DNA of 60,893 nucleotides from Phoronis australis. Its lineage: Eukaryota > Animalia > Phoronida. This document shows positions 53,701 to 60,893 of this stretch, in pieces; position 1 is the stretch's first letter; the number at the start of each line of letters is the position of its first letter. Below the pieces are notes generated by a model, which was not told where the DNA came from, did no database searches, and saw nothing but the letters and a program-made list of their open reading frames with translations. A program made the translations under genes and the position numbers. The stretch covers positions 867,652 through 928,544 of the forward strand of contig NMRA01000061.1 of assembly GCA_002633005.1 (NCBI GenBank), written 5' to 3'.

Positions 53701-56700
53701 AAAGTAATATCAATTTTAACCAACCTTTTCAACTACGGGCGATCAGTTTCACCAAACAATGATCGATTTAGTCATTCACATATTCCTCCGATTCAGCGAC
53801 ACAAGTTTCGGTAAAAGTGAAAATGGTTTATCTCGAGGCCAATAATTACAAAAATTCTTTTCACCGAACAAAAATTTCACGTTTGGGCCTTAAAGAATTT
53901 TCAATTCCAAGTTCATGCAACACTCGCTTCTGCTTAATCTTGAGATTAAGCAAGATTCCAAGTTCACGCACAACAGTACCACGCTCTTACTGTAAACTGC
54001 GGATTCTGGAAGTTCTAATTATTATGATTTATTACAAGCTGTCAAGTGACGCTCTATGGAGATAACTGATTTCGAGCTCGCGCAGCTCGTTCTGCGAGTC
54101 GTTGGTGGTGAACCCCTACAGCTCCGTGACCTTTGACCTATCCATGCGTTCTTGTGATTGGTTATGTATGTGTCATGTTGCTGAGTGTCACCTAGCGGAC
54201 CAGGAATGATATGTCGATGCCCATAAGACCGTCGAAATTCCAATGTTAATTCAGAAACTGTTTGACAACAAACCTTGTAACGTAACGACGGTTGAACTCG
54301 TTGATAATAAATCCCGAAATAAAACGAGAAAAACACCGGAGTTTTGGACACGACTGCTTTATTTCGCTCCTCAATCAAAAATACCAAATCCCAACTGGTC
54401 TCAAGACACGTGAAGCGTATAATTTACCTAATAATATTTAGTACACAAATCCCCCGTTCAAATATATTCGACACAAAGTTGGTGAACTGCAAGTGTAAGA
54501 CTAGAGTGGCCACTGGAGATCGAACAAGAAACAGTTTGATGTTTGCTTGGCCTAAGTTCATCCGCTAAGTCACACTAACTACCGACTGAGGACACGCATT
54601 ATCAGAATCGGTCTTCTAAGCCAGGCGACCAGTTTGCCGACTCAAGTGCCGACTGCAGTGGCGACTCAGCTGCCGACTCCTAGCAGACTGCTGCTGGTCG
54701 TCCGCTTGTCGGCTAGACGACAGGTCGTCGACCGATTTCTGACCAGTCGGACAAATATTCGTGATGTGTGTAGTAAGAGTAGTTTGTATCAAATCCCCTA
54801 CTTTGAAATCGTGATAGAACAAAGATCGAAGCAACAGCGGGCGAGATATTGGGGACTTTCGGACGCCGCGTTAACTTTTGCAACATGACTGTGCCCCAAG
54901 ACTCCACCTGACTGTTTCAGGTGACACTTTCCACCGACTCTACCACTAACCAGGTCCTAAGCCTGGTGCTGCGCTGAACAGCCTCACTGTTGAAACACTG
55001 GAAGCTCATCCCAACCAACTCTATTTCTGACCAGAAACGCCTAGGAAAGGATGGGGATAGTGTTAGAACAGTACATGAAACTTGCATGTGTTAATTGAAA
55101 TTTCTCACGTGACCTGGAATGCGTTACGACACGACTAGTTAATAACACCGAGTACCTAATTTTCTTTGAGGTTAGATGGGCGAATCACAAAGTAGTGCAA
55201 AGTAGAAATCCATACGTTATGTCGTTTGCAAAACAACCAAATGCGCACCAACCAAACAATGCTGGAATTCCGAGAAGGTGGCAAGATTATGATAGACAAA
55301 TCGGGCGTCGCAACTGTACGTACTCCCAGTCGGAAGGACATGCAAACAACTTCTTAAACGGACCCATCTTTGGCGGCTAATTCCATATCGACGTTCATTC
55401 AAACGGGGACGAGCCCCAACTCAAGAAACGTGGCAAGACTGTCTAGCTGTGCTGTCTCAAGGTCAATTCGGTACTCACGCGCGGGGAAGCCTTGCTGACT
55501 ATTATTTATAAACATTTTTTAAGTTTCAATATCACAATTTCAAAGACTATTTATAAGATTCTAACTTGAATATTTGCTACGAAAGTTGAATGCAATTTAC
55601 AATTGTTAAGGCTTACATATTACTATTAACAAAATGTAACTGAATTACTTTACAGTGCGCAAGCGTGTTTATGCAAAAGTTGCGTCATGTGGTTGAAAGT
55701 TTTAGACAAGTCGAGTTTTTCGGCAAAAATATTGTTTTTACGGTTCATGTGAGAAAACAAATCCTACACTATTCTCAGACTTATGACATGGGCAGAACCT
55801 CTTGGAAGTTTCGTAAAAGTCCCTCAGCAAGACTCGGGATTTTGAAACAAATTTCCAAAAGATTTTGGCCATGTCATCAACCTCGTGTAGGATTCTCTAT
55901 ATGTGCCATACAAGTTTACAGACGCGACAGATGCGAAGTTTATGAAGATACCGACTTAGACATCTGATTGGTCCTAGATGACTTACAGACCAGATATCTT
56001 AGCCGGATGTTGCGGCAGAACCTGTGTCACACACATCACTTGTATGTCAACTTACTTTGGCTGCAGTTCATTTTATCGTCGTCGAGTAGGAGACCGTCAC
56101 TACAGGCACATTGGACGGGACCCATGGTGCGAAAACAAAATTCTTCGCACATGGTAGAGTCACAGGTTTCTAGAAGAAAATAACGAGATGTCCAATGTGG
56201 ATGGAGTGTTGGTAAACAAAATTTTCCAAATGAATGTAAGTGTAGGTGTAATCAAACTGTTACACTTTTCTTTCAGAATATTTAGTGTACTCTGCACTTC
56301 CTCACTTAAATAAAGATTTGGAAACAGGCCTGATAAAGTACACTTTTAATACTAGTCCACCAGAGCAGGAGTTATCCAGCGGCAACGTGGGGGTCAGACG
56401 ATTTCCACCACATTTTGCACTTAGGGGGTCTATTATCAGGTAAAATACTTTCCAAGATTAAAGCCTTCTTCCCGAGTTGTACAGCATACGACGTTGAAGC
56501 CATGTTTCCACACCTCAAAAATTGTCTAATTTTGTATTTACTCTTTGGATGAAGGCTTTAAACTAATGGTCATTTGACATTGTTTAGTATTAGTGTTTAT
56601 AGTCAAGTGTCACCTGACGTTCACCACTTCTCACTTTATTTCAAATGTCGTTTAATACAACTGACATATAAAAGAATGATCAAGAAATTTATTCGTCGAT

Positions 56701-59700
56701 GTTTAATTTCTCAAGTTTGAGTGATATTTCTCGTGCAAAATATAGTAGTTTGTGGTTTGTTGTCTATGCCTTGCTGTTGAAGTACCTGCACCGTAATCTC
56801 CATCTTGTTTGACGAAAAAAGAGAACTATGGTTTCCCAGATATAGTTGTCTGAACTAGCCATTCCTGTAGCTTGTTTGCAGAAGAAAGGCATTTTGAGGC
56901 TCTAAAATTGAAATAACTTGAAAACCGCACAATTGATTAAAAAATGAAAACTTTTATAAATTGCATATCTAAAGCTATCATTTAGTGCCTTTTCAAGTGT
57001 GTAGTTCGCTTTGCTCACCCTGCCTGAACAAGGCAATTCTACCCACACCAGGAGAAACAAAAAGGGCCTGATATACACGTATTATAATGACTTATTTTAC
57101 GGAAAACTCCGTGCTTATTAACAATGAGGACGTTTTTTGGCAAAATATGCGGATATTGTCATTTTATCTATCATACCTCTAACTTCATTCTTGACTTTCT
57201 CACCCTGTCGTTGATCGGCTCCATACAACAACTGCTTATGGTGCCTAGTACGGACTTTTTCTGCAACCTGTCTATCTGACGGACTATCTATGTCTTCCGC
57301 ATCGTTTTGTATCAGGTATGGTTTCTCTCCCCATTTACAATTTTTATGGTGTTATGCACACGGTAATTTTTCAATTTCAAAAAGATTCCAAAAATATAAA
57401 GTTTCTTTAAGCCTTCCAAATTACTCAAAAAATATTAGCGTATTCCCCATTACTTAAAGTCCTTAAAAAAACAACTCATGATCCTTCTTCCTTAGTTTTA
57501 CTGATGATCGACATTAACGTTTTCTTAAGTTCTTCGAATGGTCGCCACAGACGACTTTCTGGTATCAGAGAGTCACAGAATATAGGTACAGAGAATATAG
57601 CTCATCTTTACTCGGACTGTAACATGTCGAAAGTTTTCTGGTCTGCTATGGGTCAATGGTTACTTTCAAAAACACAAAATGGACGAATGTTTCTTTAGGT
57701 ATAAATTACCTGAATGGGATATAGTCATTTTACTCATTTCTTTCGGAAAGTATTTTGTCTCCAGGCTCAAGAATGTTATAAAATATTTCTTCAATTGAAC
57801 TTTTTAGGAAGGATTTGTTACGATACGGTTCTCTTTGTCTCGTTTGTTTCTCTCATTATTAGCTAATGCTACATTTAGTGTCTTGTCTTAAAACGATGGG
57901 CGTGAGCTAGTGGATGGCCGGTGCTCCCGTGGGCTAGTATTAAATGTCGCCATGGAGATAATAGAAAGTACTTACCCTCATCTTTATACAGATCCATGTC
58001 AACTACCAGAAGATCAAGTATTCCTCTGCCTTTGTTGCCAGATGTGTGCTTAACTATAAAAAATGTTATGTACAGCTGTATGGCTGAACCAGGCTGTCGA
58101 TGATGAACAGCATTTTTTTAGAATTCAAACAAGGACTGAGATATGTGTATTTCATTACTGGCCAACCTCAGCGTCTATATATTTACTATATCTAGTTAAC
58201 ACGTACTTGTGAATTGCTAATTGTATATATAATTGTCCAAATCCTGTGTGAAAAAGGCGAAACGCCGCTCGTGGGATGTATGACTTAACAGTTGGCTGTA
58301 AACAGTAATTGAAGGACTTTTCATGTTACGCTGTCCAGTTCTGGTAGAAATAGATTGTTACTAGACCCCAGTTCAGTAAGGAAAATATTCGCGGGATTAC
58401 GTGAGATATTGCCGTATATTTTGAACGAGAGCATGTGACTTTGGTAAGATTTCAACTAGGTCCTAGCGTAGGTTCTAGCGTTACTGAACGCACGCTAGTT
58501 TGTCACGTTAGAAACAAGGATGTCATATCTTTTGAAACTCGGGGGGCACTAAACATTCTAAAAAAACATTTACATTCACGCACAATGGGCAGTGATGATC
58601 AGAAGCGAAACATTGAATCCTTAAAGGAGAAAGTCACCCAAAAGCAACCTGTTTTGTATCAGTTTAGATCGAGTAGTTCTACTCGATAACGGCACGTTCG
58701 GTTGGGTTACCTGACACTTGACCGCAGACGGAGGTGTTGAATTATCCAATGACGTCATTGGTTCCACACGCAGTCTATTCAGCAGTTAACACCGCGGGTT
58801 ACTGGTGTCAGCTTATTGCTTGAATTCATCGTTTATCACCAATAAATCATCAAACTTCGATGTAAAACCCTTAAAAATACACCGAGTTCTTATAAAAATG
58901 TGTTGTTTTATTTCGCTGTTACGGATTTATTGGTATTTGGACACACCGTAGCCTACAAAGTTTGACAGGCCAATTTACCAAGGTCCGTAGCTGGAGTTTG
59001 GGGTCTGTTCGGAGATAAATTCGAAGTATTCTTCTGTGAAATACAGACAGGAAAACCTAGATCTGTGTTGGTTATACTTGTGATTTTTTAGTTCTAAACA
59101 CCCAAAACACTTGTTATCCCGGCCCGGTCAGTGGCTCGGAACCCGATCGGGCCCGTCCCGGCCGCCGGGACTGGAACGAACATAAACCAGCTTGAGTTGG
59201 AAACTAAACCTCCAGTCACGAAAAGACTACAATAGTGAGCCAAAGAAATAATGTGCACGAAATTATTTATGTGAATTAGCCACGAAACTGAAAACCTACT
59301 TACTTGTCGGGGGCCGCGAAGTCGGGGTCTCCTTCCACGGACCATCAGGGCAAAGGTCGTTCAGCAATGGTTTGAATAATTTATTTGTATTTCTTAATAA
59401 AGATTACGCTAACATGTGACCATAGCATATAAAATCGAGTAATTGTTTCACAACAGCTTTCTGTCAGCAAACACTGAATTAGTATGCGCTCATACGGCCT
59501 CGGTGCCCGGTAAATTACCTTTGTTGCCGGCATCAAAAGCCGGTAACGCAGTGGTATATAATTGCTGGCTTCTCAACATTTGCACTTACGAATACTGCAA
59601 AGGCATTACAAATTGTATCTAATGAGACAGACTTTGTTCCAGTTTCATATAAGCATCGGTTATGATGAGAATAACTCATTTTGAAACTGAACGCAGAATA

Positions 59701-60334
59701 ATAAACGTCTACGTGGCAACTCTCCCGGCGCCAATCCCTATTTAGTCAAGAGCTCATCCGACGAATACTTCTCGGGTGGGATCGTTAGGCTTCACAGGCT
59801 ATCAGTTCGAACCGGAATACACTGATCAAGAAATACTGGAGAGGCGCCGTGAACGTGCACAGGCAACGGAACGAATGGATAGTTCTTTGGCTAGCCGGAA
59901 TTCGTCAGAGAAATCACTGTCGACGAAATGTCGTCCACAGACACGGAGACGTTTCACGGCCTCATACTTGCTATTAACAGCGCACCTTTCGTTCTTCATT
60001 TCTCTGCAGACGAACCACTGACGTCGCTGCGTCGTTTCTCACCTTCCTCACAGGTTAACGCGACACCTCTTGGCAAGGTGAGGTTGACCGTATAAGAGGC
60101 GATGTGGATATAGACCGATTAAGACGGTAAAAAAGACTAATTAAATCGGGTGGCATTCTCCTTTAATGACTGTGTATGCGTTTATAAAGTTTTATACACG
60201 ATTGTGAACTGTGGACAAATAGCTTCTTCTTCAATAAAGTTAAATTACTATTTACGTTTAATCTCATTCACCGTTGTCTTTCCTTCCTTAGCAAGTATCG
60301 TCAACGAATCCTGCCCGAGCACATATATGTAATC
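24070..60334 (-). CDS. LDL-receptor/LRP-like type I membrane protein (propeller end-EGF-YWTD propeller-Ser/Thr stalk-TM), 5' part beyond the window
   Basis: GT-AG exons, mostly phase-compatible: 60334-60256, 58053-57976, 56169-56056 (EGF), 53134-52823, 51834-51675 (YWTD), 49825-49720 (YWTD), 49036-48990, 48285-48178, 46434-46314, eight stalk exons, 24287-24070 (TM); the 49.0-46.4 kb part is incompletely resolved. Confidence 0.75.
24851..24997 (-). CDS. Ser/Thr-rich cassette exon 8 (147 nt)
   Basis: CACAG|...|GTAGGT; GLPTSSTRRLVVAAKSSSITTPAAAAVYVSSTDGSVTQSISSLKDTFDD. Confidence 0.8.
25100..26150 (+). mobile_element. Decayed Penelope-like element (GIY-YIG end)
   Basis: FYNGMTNRILGIRV...HSAVLYHSLTTGHTID*SGVRILDKD..FRLLIKEAMHI; partial second copy 28088-28730. 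Confidence 0.7.
25519..30662 (+). repeat. Direct tandem duplication (25519-28086 / 28088-30662) joined at an N
   Basis: Offset ~2570-2576; right ~1.45 kb appears identical, left ~1.1 kb has SNPs and indels; n at 28087. Confidence 0.95.
26290..26530 (+). repeat. Dispersed repeat also at ~28870-29105 and ~36130-36360
   Basis: Shared CCGAGTCC..AAA..TTTCTGTCAAAA..GCCACATTT..GCTGTCGA..TTGCAGG..GGTAACAGACACTGCT. Confidence 0.7.
31117..35125 (+). mobile_element. ~4-kb TIR DNA transposon, possibly Academ-like, decayed
   Basis: ~34-bp TIRs CAGAGGCGATGGAACTCCTATAAGGGCTCCATAC / revcomp TAGAGACGATGAAGCTCCTATAGGGGCTCCATAC; internal MDGERRCMNCNKPF...RFVRKRC fragment; no clear TSD. Confidence 0.6.
35489..35607. 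repeat. ~120-bp imperfect foldback palindrome
   Basis: TCGTTATCCCC-TTATCTAGAGCC..GATTTTG..AATTATC.CCC / GGG.GATAATT..CAAAATC..GGCTCTAGATAA.GGGGGATAACGA. Confidence 0.85.
35628..35781. repeat. Compound microsatellite (TACA/CATA)n-(CA)n-(TA)n
   Basis: Directly visible. Confidence 0.97.
36380..36796 (+). repeat. Two diverged ~210-bp tandem units, each ending GGACTTTAA (Kolobok-like end)
   Basis: ACTTCCG..GTTCAAAATG..GTGTTCTTCGGG..GGCGCGTTTA..TAATAAGGGTTAA..CGTGTG..GGACTTTAA twice. Confidence 0.65.
37288..37434 (-). CDS. Ser/Thr-rich cassette exon 7 (147 nt)
   Basis: AG|...|GTAGGT; GLSTSVTKRSEVVSNSGSTTGPSETPIPASSISRSTTQSISSTKTSYTN. Confidence 0.8.
37492..38550 (+). mobile_element. Old internally deleted Gypsy element within an intron of the exon array
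   Basis: Diverged short LTR-like repeats (GTTGC..AAG.CA.AGTGACGTCAT) at 37492 and 38451; PPT GGAAGGGGAGG; gag knuckle ECHFCHKKGHI*FVC. Confidence 0.6.
38862..38996 (-). CDS. Ser/Thr-rich cassette exon 6 (135 nt, in-frame 12-nt deletion)
   Basis: GLSTSSTKQSEEVSKSDSSTSPAAPAVATGLNRGKIYSTKALSAD; AG/GTAGGT. Confidence 0.8.
39157..39303 (-). CDS. Ser/Thr-rich cassette exon 5 (147 nt)
   Basis: GLSISSSKRSEAVSNSSSTSRPVTNSVPISSTSSSTAERISSTKASLAD; AG/GTAGGT. Confidence 0.8.
39787..39933 (-). CDS. Ser/Thr-rich cassette exon 4 (147 nt)
   Basis: GVSTISTKHSVVMSKLDSTTSPAAPLVPISSTLVSTKGKINSTKATYAD; AG/GTACAG. Confidence 0.75.
40369..40515 (-). CDS. Ser/Thr-rich cassette exon 3 (147 nt)
   Basis: GLSTSSSKRPEELPKSNSTTRPGVVAVPISSTSGSTKERTSSTKVSPGY; AG/GTAAGT. 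Confidence 0.8.
40727..40873 (-). CDS. Ser/Thr-rich cassette exon 2 (147 nt)
   Basis: GLSTSSTKRSEVVSKPDSTTSPATVSVHISSTPGSSIGRISSTKATSAD; AG/GTATGG. Confidence 0.8.
41416..41562 (-). CDS. Ser/Thr-rich cassette exon 1 (147 nt)
   Basis: GLSTRSTKCSEVISKSGSTISPVAVSVATSSTSGSTTERISSPRTTSAD; AG/GTATGG. Confidence 0.8.
46314..46434 (-). CDS. Exon of the LRP-like gene (late propeller blade)
   Basis: TTTGCAG|GMLDGYWGELLVFAVYGNKYIYHKFIPKFGSNGSRFYNSR|GTGAGG, phase 0 to 1. Confidence 0.6.
47018..47255. mobile_element. Harbinger-type MITE
   Basis: CTG TSD on both sides; imperfect TIRs GGAACCGTTCCAAAAA / GGGCCCGTTCTAAGAA; internal CTTAA repeats. Confidence 0.6.
48178..48285 (-). CDS. Exon of the LRP-like gene
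   Basis: TTACAG|SKFPSIALQVPPHVDTSSREQGSWVNGLIFLPSQAL|GTAAGT; only the phase 0-0 frame is open. Confidence 0.55.
49720..49825 (-). CDS. YWTD (LDLR class B) exon
   Basis: (R)KLYWTDNRQEIVETSNLDGSKRSHFVNFTKSDNGK, phase 2 to 0. Confidence 0.88.
51080..51400 (-). mobile_element. Penelope RT fragment in an intron
   Basis: HSVLRFTYE..NDKITF..VYTKP..LLNADSECPERCK, homologous to 10680-10850. Confidence 0.7.
51675..51834 (-). CDS. YWTD (LDLR class B) exon
   Basis: (A)FTVDWVTSEIYWTDDHNKCIWTGIDKGNNLTMVRKLLCGEFFLGGITVDPIR, phase 1 to 2. Confidence 0.9.
52823..53134 (-). CDS. Exon of the LRP-like gene (start of the second propeller)
   Basis: Strong CTCTCTAG acceptor, 312 nt open, GTAAGT donor, phase 1-1; DFDFPDRGFLVVDSQ...RTLYFFV...ILRQNMSCN. 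Confidence 0.8.
53541..53976. mobile_element. MITE with ~75-bp TIRs (TA-flanked, Tc1/mariner-like)
   Basis: CTGTTGTGCGT..AACTT.GAATC..ATCTCAAGATTAAGCAGAAGCGAGTGTTGC..GAACTT.GAAT inverted at both ends. Confidence 0.8.
56056..56169 (-). CDS. EGF-like domain exon
   Basis: (E)TCDSTMCEEFCFRTMGPVQCACSDGLLLDDDKMNCSQ: six Cys with C-x-C-x2-G-x2-L-x2-D-x3-C; TTCTTCTAG/GTAAGT; phase 1-1. Confidence 0.92.
57080..57850 (+). mobile_element. Decayed L1/Tx1-type LINE 3' fragment
   Basis: ENIAHLYSDCNMSKVFW resembles the zf-RVT ExxxHLFxxCxxxxxFW motif. Confidence 0.45.
57976..58053 (-). CDS. Exon of the LRP-like gene (end of the upstream propeller)
   Basis: TTTTTTATAG|KHTSGNKGRGILDLLVVDMDLYKDE|GTAAGT, phase 1-1, joins the EGF exon in frame. 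Confidence 0.7.
58625..60162 (+). mobile_element. Non-autonomous Kolobok-type DNA transposon (1.54 kb)
   Basis: TTAA TSD on both sides; TIRs AGGAGAAAGTCACCC / AGGAGAATGCCACCC; internal GYQFEPEYTDQEIL fragment. Confidence 0.8.
60256..60334 (-). CDS. Exon of the LRP-like gene
   Basis: TTTCCAG|DYIYVLGQDSLTILAKEGKTTVNEIK|GTAAAT, phase 0 to 1, joins the 58053 exon in frame. Confidence 0.65.
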
Positions 60335-60893
60335 CTGGAAATCAGCCAAAAGCACGTGCGTCAGTGGGCTCTGAATGGTGCGAGCTTTTAAATGTAGGGG
60401 TCGTGTTTAGAAAATGTTCATCTCATACATAGCTGTGCTTTTCGAGTCTAATAAGTTCCAGCGTTGAAAGTTTCATTCTTGAGTAATTTTGTGCTGAATT
60501 TGGTGACAAATGACAAAATGCTCAAATTAAGTGATCATTTCTAGCGCTTATTATTGTACATTGCATTTTCCGTAGTAAACAGAAAGATGTGAATAAAAAC
60601 AAATTGCATCAGCCATTCTAACAGGCCTATAGGCCCTACAGACAAAATTAGTCACGAACGAAATGGGAAAAATAGGATGTAATTAGCAGTAACGATATTT
60701 TTATCAATCCCACTGCTACAAACAACAGGAACGTTGCCATGTGTATACCAAACAAGTGTCGATGATTTTACAAGCTAGGAAAAAGTAGCAAAAGTTGGGG
60801 TGCGTTTTAACAATGTGTTAAAGAATACAATGAGGGAAACAGGGCTACCAATAACCTATTTTCTTTAAACACCAGAATTTGCATAGTCAAACT

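Noticed and set aside
58979-59033. Candidate 55-nt exon with good splice sites
   Set aside because: It lies inside the Kolobok element, and the 60334 and 58053 exons already join in frame.

Overview
AT-rich animal genomic DNA, probably a marine invertebrate (inferred from spliceosomal introns and the transposon families present); no prokaryotic features. The left ~23 kb is a transposon cluster: two THAP/P-like ends, a PIF/Harbinger MITE, a Gypsy LTR retrotransposon (2857-9307), a Penelope element split by a Sola3-like DNA transposon, a decayed Gypsy RT, a mariner and a second Sola3-like remnant. The Gypsy element has a CTTT TSD, intact gag and integrase, a deleted RT core and a -1 frameshift signal. 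Where env would normally sit, it carries a third ORF for a small two-zinc-finger protein, with splice sites that would join it to an ATG in the leader. From 24070 to past the right edge, the minus strand holds a multi-exon LDL-receptor/LRP-like gene that the ORF track shows only as fragments. Its order is propeller end, EGF, YWTD propeller, eight near-identical-length phase-1 Ser/Thr-rich cassette exons, then TM and a short tail. Its introns contain many more TEs and a 2.57-kb duplication joined at an N. All gene models were read by eye and need transcript support.
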